Positions 7,605 through 16,699 of a DNA stretch of 20,000 nucleotides are shown here, one piece after another; position 1 is the stretch's first letter; the number at the start of each line of letters is the position of its first letter. Source of the stretch: an uncultured virus (IMG/VR IMGVR_UViG_3300044646_001246) (taxonomy: Duplodnaviria; Heunggongvirae; Uroviricota; Caudoviricetes); the IMG/VR virus record IMGVR_UViG_3300044646_001246; one strand, given 5' to 3'. The notes under the pieces were generated by a model. The model had not been told where the DNA came from. It saw only the letters and a program-made list of their open reading frames with translations, and ran no database searches. Position numbers and translations under genes: made by a program.

Positions 7605-10469
7605 ATGTCCAAGATCGACGCATGGCGACAACTTCGAGAAGAGACTCTTGCAAACCTCGACATCCGCAGAGCCTACGAAGAGTTCGGCGTAAAGTTCACA
7701 GGCAAGATATCTGCGTCCAACTGGGCAGAGTGTCATGCTTTCGGCAGGGAAGACAAATCCCCATCAGCCGCAGTGAACCTGACAACGGGCGTCTACAAAG
7801 ACTTCGCGGGTGATCGGGCTTCAATCTTCGACTTCATGGTGGCGCACAACATCGCTCCATCATGGCAGGAGGCACAGGAGGAACTCGCCAAGAAGTGCGG
7901 GCTTGCCAAGAAGATCCCAAAGAAGGCCAAAGCCAAACGCACGCAGGATGTGTTGGGGTTCACGAACACATTCAACCTCGCATCCGTGGTCCCGCTGGCA
8001 CGGCAGTACGGCATCGAACCACAAACGATCGCCATCACCGGCGCTCGGATGGCTCGGTATCCTGCATCATCACAGGAACCTCAGATCGTCTGTGCGTTCC
8101 CGATCTACTCCCCGATCTCGATGCTCGATTCGCCACCGGACTCCTACGTCCTGCAGTCTGGATCAGGACAACCGATCATGGTCTATCAGGGACCGGACGT
8201 TCCTGCGAAACCTGAGAAGCGGATTGTTGTCGGCACAACCGGGATCCTGAACAAGTTCGCACTCGAGAACTGGGCGGGGGCTGAGCGGATCTACAAGGTT
8301 GAAGGCTTGTCGGATATGCTGGTCCTGCAAAACTTCATCCCGGATGAGTACCGCACAAAACATCTGGTGATCACGAACGCCTGCGGATGTGATGACGGTG
8401 CCCCGGCATGGGAACTGGCGAACCACTGTGTCGGCAAAGAGATCATCATCATCCACGATGCCGACGTTCCCGGGCAGTTTGGGAATGGCAAGGACCAATC
8501 TGGCGGCGCTCAGCGGTGGGTCAAAGCCCTGAAGGCCACTGCCAAGGTGCTGAAGAATGTCCAGCTTCCCTACGAGATCCAGTCGAAGCATGGCAAGGAT
8601 CTTCGGAACTGGATTGCTGAGGAAGGCCGGAAGTATTCAGATCTGTTGGAGTTGGTCACATCTACGCGCGATGAAATCACCAACACAACAGAGACCGGCA
8701 CCGGCGGCACAACACTTCGCACGCCCACACAACAGATCCTTGACCGCTTGAGTCTGATTGTCCTCGGCCACATGGAAGGACGCACGCCTGCAATTGTGGT
8801 TTTCCACCAGAAACTTACTCGCCGCTTTGAGATTACCGATATCGATAAGTACACCTACAACAAGATGCTGACGACGATCGGTGATGATGCGAAGAACGAT
8901 ATTGACCCGGCAGCAGAACCATCAAAAGCAAAGATCGGAGTAAGTCAATTAAAAGAAGCGATCGCATATGAAGCAAGTGGCCGCCGGATTTCACGAGCAT
9001 CTGCCATCGGGCTCGGCATCTGGGAGATCAATCACAAGTTGATCTTCGTCGGGTCCGGCCAGTGGTTGGCGATGAATGGCGACCTGCGAACTCGGAAGGA
9101 TCCTGAGATAGACGACAAACTTGTCGACTTTGGGGAAGGCAAGGAATCGTGGTACAACGAAGAAGAAATCCGGCGTTATCTTCCACACGCGACTGACAAG
9201 GCATGGCGAACTGAGGTCATGAGTGAATTCGCCGGATGGTTTGAACTCTGGGACAACTGGAGTGAAGACAAGGAGGAAAACCGCATGAAGTCGTACCTCA
9301 TCGCATCACTGGCGATGTGTTCATGGCTTCAGACAATCTGGTCGTGGCGACCTTGGGTTGCGATTATTGGGGAAACGAACTCCGGCAAAACTACGTTCTT
9401 CAAGTTCATGTCGAAGTATTTCGGCCAGCAGATGGCAGTGAATGTCGGCAATGCCACAGAAGCTGGACTGCGGCAGATGCTGGGAACAAGCTCCAGAATA
9501 ATGCTGCTGGATGAATTCGAGGCGTCGAAGGAACGCCAGAAGATTCTGGACTGGCTAAAAAACTCCGGCGCGGGCGGGTCATCAGTCCGCGGGACACCTG
9601 GGCAGAAGTCCGTTTCCTCAACCATAAGTGTGATCCCATGGTTCGGGGCGACTGAAGCCGGCATGAAGAACGAGACTGAGCGAAACCGGTATGTCCTGTT
9701 CAATATGGCATCTCGAATTGACAAGCCGTTCTTCGAACTGCCATCGGATGAACACGTAGACGATATGCGGTGTAAGACGCTGGCGATTCTACTGCGGGTG
9801 TGGGCAAGGGCTAAGGAGATCCACCATTACCTGAAGTCGAACTGCAATATCGACGGGATCTATTCACGGTACACGGAAAGCTATTCTCTGCCATGTGCCA
9901 TGTGGTCGGCTGTTGTCGGACACACGAACGAGGAAGCGAAAGAGCTTTTCAACTACGCCATCATGCCGATGCTGGAAGGGATTCTGTTCAACACGGAATC
10001 AGAACACGCCACGTTGGTGAATGACATCTCGTCTGCCAAGGTGTACGTCGGTCGCGGGGACACCAGAGTGGTGAATGAACTGCTGACATCCGCCAGTTAC
10101 GACGCGGGCGGGGCGAATTCTGAAACACCTGAGAAAATCCTGTCTCGCGTCGGCATCCGGAAGATGAAGGGCAGCGAGTTTCGCAAAGCCGGAATCGGTC
10201 CTGACGATCGGTACATCTTCATCGCGCATCGGATTGTGGCCAAAGAACTGTTGAAGGGTGATGCGATTGGAGAAAAGGGCATCGACCAGTTGCTGCTGCG
10301 AATCACCGGATCGTTTCACACGAAGCAACGGTTGAGCGGCGGAAGCATGCGAGGGATCGCGATTCCATGGACGGCAATGTTTTCCAAGGAAGATCAAGCG
10401 GCGGCGGCTGAAGGCGGCGATTCGTTTGTCCCGCCTGAGCATCGGTCGATTTCGAGTGATGTGTTTTAG
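7605..10469 (+). CDS. Primase-helicase (degenerate Zn-binding-like N-terminus, TOPRIM domain, C-terminal P-loop NTPase)
   Basis: ECHAFGREDKSPSAAVN..YKDF N-terminal domain; TOPRIM VEGLSD, HDAD and KDLRNW; Walker A GETNSGKTT; Walker B MLLDEFE. Confidence 0.85.
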   Translation: MSKIDAWRQLREETLANLDIRRAYEEFGVKFTGKISASNWAECHAFGREDKSPSAAVNLTTGVYKDFAGDRASIFDFMVAHNIAPSWQEAQEELAKKCGLAKKIPKKAKAKRTQDVLGFTNTFNLASVVPLARQYGIEPQTIAITGARMARYPASSQEPQIVCAFPIYSPISMLDSPPDSYVLQSGSGQPIMVYQGPDVPAKPEKRIVVGTTGILNKFALENWAGAERIYKVEGLSDMLVLQNFIPDEYRTKHLVITNACGCDDGAPAWELANHCVGKEIIIIHDADVPGQFGNGKDQSGGAQRWVKALKATAKVLKNVQLPYEIQSKHGKDLRNWIAEEGRKYSDLLELVTSTRDEITNTTETGTGGTTLRTPTQQILDRLSLIVLGHMEGRTPAIVVFHQKLTRRFEITDIDKYTYNKMLTTIGDDAKNDIDPAAEPSKAKIGVSQLKEAIAYEASGRRISRASAIGLGIWEINHKLIFVGSGQWLAMNGDLRTRKDPEIDDKLVDFGEGKESWYNEEEIRRYLPHATDKAWRTEVMSEFAGWFELWDNWSEDKEENRMKSYLIASLAMCSWLQTIWSWRPWVAIIGETNSGKTTFFKFMSKYFGQQMAVNVGNATEAGLRQMLGTSSRIMLLDEFEASKERQKILDWLKNSGAGGSSVRGTPGQKSVSSTISVIPWFGATEAGMKNETERNRYVLFNMASRIDKPFFELPSDEHVDDMRCKTLAILLRVWARAKEIHHYLKSNCNIDGIYSRYTESYSLPCAMWSAVVGHTNEEAKELFNYAIMPMLEGILFNTESEHATLVNDISSAKVYVGRGDTRVVNELLTSASYDAGGANSETPEKILSRVGIRKMKGSEFRKAGIGPDDRYIFIAHRIVAKELLKGDAIGEKGIDQLLLRITGSFHTKQRLSGGSMRGIAIPWTAMFSKEDQAAAAEGGDSFVPPEHRSISSDVF

Positions 10470-10484
10470 AAAGGGTGGTGGGTT

Positions 10485-11057
10485 ATGGTGAATGAACAGA
10501 AGCAGCCACAGGCTGGCGAATGGTGGGAGATGGGGGAGTCAGGCGCAGAAGGCTTGCGAGTTTTTATCGTGGGGATTCCTCATGATGGTGTGGATTTCGT
10601 TTGTCAGGAGGAAGATGGAGAGCCACACATCAGGCATTTGAACGGGTGGCGACACTTGCCGGACTGCACTGGATGGGACTCGGAATCAGATTCAGTGGAA
10701 TCCCCTCACGACTGGGTAACACAGGATCGAGTGCCTCCACGTTCAGGTGTTGATGAAATCAGTTGGTCTGGATGGCTCACAGGTCATTGGATTCCCGCTC
10801 AAGGAATTTGGGCTGACCATATGCTTCATGGCAAGGCGAGAACAGAGGGTACTCTTTTTGTTCGCTGTCGCCGCAAAGATCTCCCACCGATCCCACCAGT
10901 CAAGATCCCCGTCCGCCTATGGGTTTCCGAACGCATTACATACGAACCCGGCAGCGACTGGCCGGTCAGGTGCGGAGAGAACCCGCCGTCCGGACAAGGT
11001 TCGTGGGTCGAGATCCATCCTTCACCAGACGGGTTCTTTGTCACCAAGCAGTCTTGA
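10485..11057 (+). CDS. Hypothetical Trp/Pro-rich phage protein
   Basis: 190-aa ORF with purine-rich RBS-like sequence; last gene before the terminator. Confidence 0.6.
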   Translation: MVNEQKQPQAGEWWEMGESGAEGLRVFIVGIPHDGVDFVCQEEDGEPHIRHLNGWRHLPDCTGWDSESDSVESPHDWVTQDRVPPRSGVDEISWSGWLTGHWIPAQGIWADHMLHGKARTEGTLFVRCRRKDLPPIPPVKIPVRLWVSERITYEPGSDWPVRCGENPPSGQGSWVEIHPSPDGFFVTKQS

Positions 11058-11079
11058 ACTGTCCGCAACTCATCACCCG

Positions 11080-11111
11080 AAGCCAGCCGTACAAATCGTG
11101 CTGGCTTTTTT
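11080..11111 (+). terminator. Intrinsic terminator closing the replication operon
   Basis: AAGCCAGC (11080-11087) pairs with GCTGGCTT (11100-11107); T6 run at 11106-11111. Confidence 0.7.
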
Positions 11112-11237
11112 AACGCCCTGCGAACTCCACACGCTTCAATACAGGCGATTCTAATCACAAGACGACAATTCACCCGTCCTTCACCATCAAGGCTTTCTAA
11201 TGACCTGCTATGAGAACCCAAATGCCGTGCCAAAGTT

Positions 11238-11589
11238 TTCTGTTCCAGCGCGGAACAGACTGGAACAGATTTTGGAACAGGATTTTGCAGAGCCGAAACG
11301 CCTTAAACACAGAAGAAGAAGAAGAAGAACAACCAAAAATAAATAATAATAATAATACTGTTCCACTGTTCCACTAAATAATCGAGAGACACATTAGCAG
11401 AAGAACAAAAAATAGAACAAACAATAGCACCTGTACATACGCTATGTTTTGTTATTACGTTTTTGTCTTTTTGTTCTGATATATGTCTCTATATCTTTCG
11501 AGAAGTGTGGAACAGCGTTTTTGGAGTGTAAGTCTTTTGGTGTCAATATCTTATGTGTTCCAAGCCACTGGAACCGGCGCGGAACAGAA
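11238..11589. repeat. Iteron-like GGAACAG/CTGTTCC array around an AT-rich core; putative replication origin
   Basis: GGAACAG at 11252, 11262, 11274, 11509, 11581; CTGTTCC at 11240, 11358, 11366; variants at 11556 and 11569; (GAA)6 at 11312-11329; (AAT)5 at 11342-11356; non-coding and downstream of the primase-helicase. Confidence 0.7.
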
Positions 11590-11627
11590 TTGTTTTAACT
11601 GAACACGCTGACAGCACTGAGGTAAAA

Positions 11628-11939
11628 ATGGACACGACTAGAGAATATAGGAACTCTTTCCACGTCCGGTTGAAGCCAGCCCCTGCCTTGACACTGAACA
11701 CATCAACAGCAGTTGCCGACCGACTGGAGGTCTCGCCGTCCGTTGGCCCGTCTGCCGGGACGTACCGTCGCGTGTCGGCGGAATTCATCGCCACACTCGC
11801 CGCTGAGATTGCCGCCGAGCCGGCCGGGTCTGATCGTCTCGCCCGACTGCAGGAGATCTTGACCGCCGCTCAATCCACACCCGGCGTGGACGATGTCGAT
11901 CTGGGAAATTTTCCGACACTCGATCTGAGTTGGTATTGA
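11628..11939 (+). CDS. Hypothetical protein (~103 aa)
   Basis: GAGGT RBS upstream of ATG 11628. Confidence 0.55.
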   Translation: MDTTREYRNSFHVRLKPAPALTLNTSTAVADRLEVSPSVGPSAGTYRRVSAEFIATLAAEIAAEPAGSDRLARLQEILTAAQSTPGVDDVDLGNFPTLDLSWY

Positions 11940-11972
11940 ACATTTCATCGAACCTGCGCCTCCTGCACTCTC

Positions 11973-11999
11973 ACGAAAGTTTTCGCATACGAAAGTTTT
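11973..11999. promoter_or_regulatory. Tandem 11-bp direct repeat ACGAAAGTTTT, possible regulator site
   Basis: Exact copies at 11973-11983 and 11989-11999 in the intergenic region before the late gene block. Confidence 0.35.
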
Positions 12000-12024
12000 G
12001 TTTGGGCACGCGGGAGCGACAACC

Positions 12025-12396
12025 ATGCCATCACCAGCAGAAACCTTGAAGACTCAATTAGCCGCAGCGGATATCACATATCTTGCCACGCAGCTAAACG
12101 CCACGCTGGACATCCCGTGGGTGCCTGAGTCCTTCGAGCAGAAGTGGATCGAGTGGGTTTTAGCCAAAGCCATCTTGGTCATCCCAGAAGATCTTATCGC
12201 GTTTATCGTTGATGCTGCTGATGGTCTTACAGAGCCAGAGATTGCCGAGTACGAGGTCACAATCACAAACCTCGTGAACAAGCTCGTCGATCTGCCAGTG
12301 CTGTCCGAGTCCATGGAAGCCGCCATCATCCGGCCTGTGGTCAATCAATTGCTTTCATTCGCGGTTCAGGGCAAGGCTTTAACGCTGGCACCGTAG
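12025..12396 (+). CDS. Hypothetical protein with internal duplication
   Basis: GGGAG RBS; LNATLDIPWVPESFEQKWI resembles VNKLVDLPVLSESMEAAII. Confidence 0.65.
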   Translation: MPSPAETLKTQLAAADITYLATQLNATLDIPWVPESFEQKWIEWVLAKAILVIPEDLIAFIVDAADGLTEPEIAEYEVTITNLVNKLVDLPVLSESMEAAIIRPVVNQLLSFAVQGKALTLAP

Positions 12397-12447
12397 CCAA
12401 TGGGGTCACGCCCGGAGTAGTTCATTTCCGTAAAGGGGAATCAAGTC

Positions 12448-12912
12448 ATGCCAGGTCGAATCACATTAGCAACTCGTTCGTTTCTGAAAAAACAGGCTGC
12501 ACTTTGGGATGTTCTCTACGCCCAGTTCGGCTACCTGAACACGATGTTCACGGAGCTTTTCCCGAACATTCAGGCAGTTACTGCCACCGCTGACGGGCTG
12601 ACGACCGGGTTGATCACCGCCGGAAAGAACTTCATCACTGTCACCAGTGCGAATGCCGCTCACCAGATCACACTGCCCGCTTCATCTGTCGGGACCGTTA
12701 TTCGGATTCTGGTTGGCGCGACTGCCTGTGAACTCATCTGTGCAACTGCTGGCGACAAGATCAACGACGTTGTTTGTGGAGCCACGAACGAGGCGTTGCT
12801 CACAGCGACCAACCTTTACACCTGTGAACTGGTCGCCACGAATACTTGGATTTTAACTGGACTCACGAAACTTGGTGCCGTCCAAACAGCAATTGTTCCT
12901 GACGCACGATAA
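12448..12912 (+). CDS. Putative virion accessory/decoration protein
   Basis: AAGGGG RBS; Thr/Ala/Gly-rich, beta-strand-like sequence with HQITLP motif typical of virion fibre/decoration proteins. Confidence 0.5.
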   Translation: MPGRITLATRSFLKKQAALWDVLYAQFGYLNTMFTELFPNIQAVTATADGLTTGLITAGKNFITVTSANAAHQITLPASSVGTVIRILVGATACELICATAGDKINDVVCGATNEALLTATNLYTCELVATNTWILTGLTKLGAVQTAIVPDAR

Positions 12913-13027
12913 GACCAAACGTAATCCGCGAGAGCGTTGGCAGGGTTCTGCATTTCCCGCTCTAAACCGAGACCAAGATCGGTGCCAATCCGCGGCTTGG
13001 AATTACCTGTAGCGATAAGGCCGAGCA

Positions 13028-13522
13028 ATGACGAGTCAAATCACAGATGATATGGTTATTCGGGGTCATTTGTCTGCAACGACAATGACGATTCCAAATA
13101 ACACCGTTACGTCTGACGCTGTCCAGTCTGCGGCAAACATCAATGCCGATAAACTGGAGTCACGGATTTATGCCTCACATGCTCAGGCGAACTCAGCCGC
13201 CACTGCCGAGACGCGAACACTCTTCGTTGCTCGGCGTGTCGGCATCGTGAACCACATCTACGTCGGCTCGATCGCGAAAGCCATTGGGGATTCGACGGTT
13301 ACAGTGGACGTGAAGAAGAACGGCACGTCCATTCTTTCCTCAACGGTCACACTCAACAGCAGCAACACCGCACGCATCGCTGTGGCGGCCACAATCGACG
13401 GAACGCAGGACGATCTGGTGGCGGCTGACTGGCTGGAGGTTGTCATCACCATCAGTGCTGGCACTGGCACATTGCCAACTGGTGTTTTTGTTCAAGCCGA
13501 AATCGATCAGAACGGCGTTTGA
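13028..13522 (+). CDS. Putative virion structural protein (beta-sandwich)
   Basis: TVTVDVKKNGTSILSS motif; Thr/Ser/Ala-rich; resembles 16831-17226. Confidence 0.55.
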   Translation: MTSQITDDMVIRGHLSATTMTIPNNTVTSDAVQSAANINADKLESRIYASHAQANSAATAETRTLFVARRVGIVNHIYVGSIAKAIGDSTVTVDVKKNGTSILSSTVTLNSSNTARIAVAATIDGTQDDLVAADWLEVVITISAGTGTLPTGVFVQAEIDQNGV

Positions 13523-13565
13523 TTTTCATTCATCACACAGGTCACAGGCAGGAGCGACAGGGTAT

Positions 13566-13934
13566 ATGGCCACATCCGAACAAGCATCAATGAGGATCGC
13601 GAACAGAGTTGTTGGATTGGGAGTTAAGTTCGGCTTTGAACTGCTCCCGTTCATCCTTCCGCTGGTCTCACGCCTATTCGGTTGCCTCACTGACAACGAC
13701 GAAGTGACACCATCCACAGCTCAGGAGAGAATTCAAACTCTCCATGAGAAGGATCCGGCCCGCCTCCTTCGCCGGACAACCAAGGCAGTCCACCGGCACG
13801 CCCGCAAGGAAGGCCGACGACTCACTGACGATCAGGCTGAGGTAATTGCAAAAGCCACCATCGACGAGGCTTGTGAATGCGACGACAGGGAATGTTGTGC
13901 AGTCTTCGCCTCTATGCTGGGAGATGTTCAGTAA
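13566..13934 (+). CDS. Hypothetical protein with hydrophobic segment and Cys-rich C-terminus
   Basis: ATG 13566 after GGAG/AGGG; FGFELLPFILPLVSRLFGC; C-terminal CECDDRECC; TAATG overlap with the next gene. Confidence 0.6.
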   Translation: MATSEQASMRIANRVVGLGVKFGFELLPFILPLVSRLFGCLTDNDEVTPSTAQERIQTLHEKDPARLLRRTTKAVHRHARKEGRRLTDDQAEVIAKATIDEACECDDRECCAVFASMLGDVQ

Positions 13935-14833
13935 TGCGGACACTCACCCACATCATCGCGTTCATTGCCATTCTGCTCATCGCAGGCCAATCCTCGCACG
14001 CGCAGACGTTGGAAAAACTACAGTCGGTCCCTGATGCGGTCAGCACAAAGCCTGCACCATCACCCGCCGCCCCGCCAAAGATTGTCTTCCCAACGATCCC
14101 GATTCTGGACGAACAGGATATTCCACCAGAGGATCATCCGTCGCCACCACCTCAGCCGTACAAGCCGAAGTTTATCTCTGAACTCTCAGAGGAAACTTGG
14201 CTCGTGATTGAATCACCTGAACCACTACTCGTCACCAGTTCGCCTCTTGGTCACGTCGCCATTCAGCCGGAAGTCGGTCCTGTTCGTGTGCGTGGTAAGT
14301 TTGCGGACGGCACCGGTAAGGTTGAGACTCGAGTCTTCAAGTCGGCCAATCTGTACTTCATCAACGCGGTCTTACCGGGCAAAGTGGAGATTCTGATCTA
14401 CCATAGTCAGTTGACTGAAGAGAAGGACATCCCGCGGTACACACTAAACGTGATGGGCGTGACTCCAAACCCGCCGCCGAAACCAGATCCGCCAAAACCC
14501 GAACCAGATCCGATGCCTGATCCGGCTTCTGATCATCTAATGATTGAGATCGTAGAAGATCCTCTCAATCGCAATCCAGACACGGCAATTGTTCTATCAG
14601 CGATTGCTGAGTGGAACGCACTGAAGGACAAGGGCCACGACTGGAGGATTTACTCAATTCGCACATCTGAGCCCCTCGGAAAAGAGGCAATTGAAAGTGC
14701 TAAAGATGTGCCACAGCCGGCCATGGTCATACGCGACAAGTCAACCCGCAAAGTCCTGCGTGTTATTCCACTGCCGCTCACGATGGCAGACGTGAAACGC
14801 GTGTTGTCTGAACTGACTGGAAATCTGCCATGA
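13934..14833 (+). CDS. Secreted proline-rich protein
   Basis: Signal peptide MRTLTHIIAFIAILLIAGQSSHA-Q; Pro-rich linkers (PNPPPKPDPPKPEPDPMPDP); ATGA overlap with the protease gene. Confidence 0.7.
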   Translation: MRTLTHIIAFIAILLIAGQSSHAQTLEKLQSVPDAVSTKPAPSPAAPPKIVFPTIPILDEQDIPPEDHPSPPPQPYKPKFISELSEETWLVIESPEPLLVTSSPLGHVAIQPEVGPVRVRGKFADGTGKVETRVFKSANLYFINAVLPGKVEILIYHSQLTEEKDIPRYTLNVMGVTPNPPPKPDPPKPEPDPMPDPASDHLMIEIVEDPLNRNPDTAIVLSAIAEWNALKDKGHDWRIYSIRTSEPLGKEAIESAKDVPQPAMVIRDKSTRKVLRVIPLPLTMADVKRVLSELTGNLP

Positions 14834-15657
14834 GCGAACCATTTTCAAACGACGACATCGACATTGATGAAATCGTGGACGACAACGGTGAAATCCGTCG
14901 TCTCGGTTCGCTCGCGCCGCCAACAGGATTTGTTTCTTCCTTTCAAGTGTGGGAGCAGGAGAAACCAGTTTGGGACGACAAGGATATTCGCCGGGTGATC
15001 ACTGATTCATCTCGCACACCTCGTCGTATCCTGTTCGACTTCAAGAAATGGATACAGAACCAGTTCTCGAAAGGATCGTGCAACGGATATGCAGCCGCTG
15101 GTTCTCTATCCAAGGCTCGATTCCTGCGTGGAATTAACGACTACCTGATTTTGTCTGGTGCGTTCGTCTACTCGCTGATCAATGGCGGGCGAGACAATGG
15201 GTCAGCACTGGAAGACGGGTTGCGTGTCATTCAGACACATGGGGCACCGCCAGAATCATTGGTGCCATGGGATAAGATTTACCCGAATCTCCAGCCAGCA
15301 AATGCAAAAGCGGAAGCCCTGAAGCATCTCGGTCTTGATTGCTACGCGGCTCAGACAATGCAGGGTTTTCGGACAGGGATCGCTGCGGGATACACCGGAA
15401 TCATTGCAGTCCATGCCGGCCGAAACTTTCAAAAATTGAATCAGAATGGCATTGCTGGAGTGGATTCGGGACGCGGCAACCATGCAATCCATTGCGATGA
15501 CTTAGTGTTTAAGGGTGGCACAGAACTCTTCGATGCCGTGAATTCATGGGGAGCAAGTTACGGCGAGAACGGTCGCGCGTATCTTCACCAGGACTCATTC
15601 GCTCAAACATTCGGTGTCCACACGTTTTATCTGATCGGGTCCACTGAGGAGTCATAG
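14830..15657 (+). CDS. Papain-like cysteine protease (peptidase C1 family)
   Basis: Oxyanion Gln and catalytic Cys in NQFSKGSCNGYA; catalytic His in GNHAI; Asn in NSWGASYGENGRAYL. Confidence 0.9.
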   Translation: MSEPFSNDDIDIDEIVDDNGEIRRLGSLAPPTGFVSSFQVWEQEKPVWDDKDIRRVITDSSRTPRRILFDFKKWIQNQFSKGSCNGYAAAGSLSKARFLRGINDYLILSGAFVYSLINGGRDNGSALEDGLRVIQTHGAPPESLVPWDKIYPNLQPANAKAEALKHLGLDCYAAQTMQGFRTGIAAGYTGIIAVHAGRNFQKLNQNGIAGVDSGRGNHAIHCDDLVFKGGTELFDAVNSWGASYGENGRAYLHQDSFAQTFGVHTFYLIGSTEES

Positions 15658-15659
15658 GC

Positions 15660-16076
15660 ATGTGGATTCTGCTTCTCGTTATTACGTTTCAGCCGCCGCT
15701 GATCTTTCAGCCCACGGGTATCTACGCTCAGGCACAGCAGGATCAAGCGGCAGTCAAAGAGGAACTTTCTTCACCATACAACCTGATCTTTTTCACTGCG
15801 AGCTACTGTGGCCCCTGCCGGCAATACAAAGACTCAGGTAAGTTCGACGAACTGAAAGTTTCTTTATCTCAGCATGGCATACGCGTGCGAGAAGTAGATG
15901 TTCAGGAGAACCCTGATTTCTACAAAGGACAAATCCCAAAGTTTTGGCTTTGCAAAGAAGATAAAGACGGCCGAAATTTCCGTGCCGCTGAGTGGCCTGC
16001 AGGCGACCTAATAACACCACAGCGAGCATTGGATAAAATCAACGAGCAGATTAAGGAATCACCCGATGTCGAATAA
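15660..16076 (+). CDS. Thioredoxin-like protein with N-terminal hydrophobic/export segment
   Basis: FTASYCGPCR active site; VDV..NP..IP cis-Pro-like region; hydrophobic start MWILLLVITF. Confidence 0.8.
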   Translation: MWILLLVITFQPPLIFQPTGIYAQAQQDQAAVKEELSSPYNLIFFTASYCGPCRQYKDSGKFDELKVSLSQHGIRVREVDVQENPDFYKGQIPKFWLCKEDKDGRNFRAAEWPAGDLITPQRALDKINEQIKESPDVE

Positions 16077-16443
16077 CCCAGCAGAAAAAACCTACCTAGT
16101 TGCCACTCCAAAAGGTGGCGCGTCATCCTATCGTTCGATTGACCTTGGCGTGACAGGACTCATCGCTAAGGCGACACCGGGAAAGCTCATTAGTATTCAT
16201 GCACACAACGTGAATGCCGCTACGCGATTCCTGAAGATCTACAATAAGGCGACAGCTCCAACAGAGGCTGACACGCCCAAGCTAACCATCCCTTTACCCA
16301 CAGGTAACAGCACGTTCTTTCTTGGTGATTCAGGGGTGAACTTTACGGCTGGTATTTCTGTCCGAGCAACAACAGGACTTGCCGACAACGACACGGGGGC
16401 ACCGACAGCAAGTCAGACAATTGTCAATTTGACGTATGCGTGA
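16066..16443 (+). CDS. Putative virion accessory protein
   Basis: Thr/Ala/Gly-rich, beta-rich (FLKIYNKATAP...GVNFTAGIS); overlaps the thioredoxin stop. Confidence 0.5.
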   Translation: MSNNPAEKTYLVATPKGGASSYRSIDLGVTGLIAKATPGKLISIHAHNVNAATRFLKIYNKATAPTEADTPKLTIPLPTGNSTFFLGDSGVNFTAGISVRATTGLADNDTGAPTASQTIVNLTYA

Positions 16444-16477
16444 TTTTTAAGTTGTTTGGGCAACAGGAATCAGACCA

Positions 16478-16699
16478 GTGAACATATCAGCAGAAGTCAT
16501 TCTTGGAATCATCACAACGCTAGGTGCGGTGTTGTCCGGCGCGGTAGGAAAGATGTGGGTCTGGTTTAACGCGGAACTTCGCGAGTGCAAGGACGACCGA
16601 AAGCACTTGCATGATCGGATTCAGGTCATGCACGAAAACATTGCTGAAATCAGCACAACAGTGGGACGGCTTGAAGGCCGATTGAGTGACGACAAATGA
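16478..16699 (+). CDS. Holin-like small membrane protein (one TM helix + coiled-coil)
   Basis: Hydrophobic VILGIITTLGAVLSGAVGKMWVWF followed by charged heptads; AGGA upstream of GTG. Confidence 0.5.
   Translation: MNISAEVILGIITTLGAVLSGAVGKMWVWFNAELRECKDDRKHLHDRIQVMHENIAEISTTVGRLEGRLSDDK

Noticed and set aside
11238..11589. Repeats as a CRISPR array
   Set aside because: Units are only 7-9 bp, in both orientations and irregularly spaced; no cas genes.
12931..12963. Hairpin AGAGCG...CGCTCT after the 12448-12912 gene as terminator
   Set aside because: No U-tract follows and the stem is short and interrupted.
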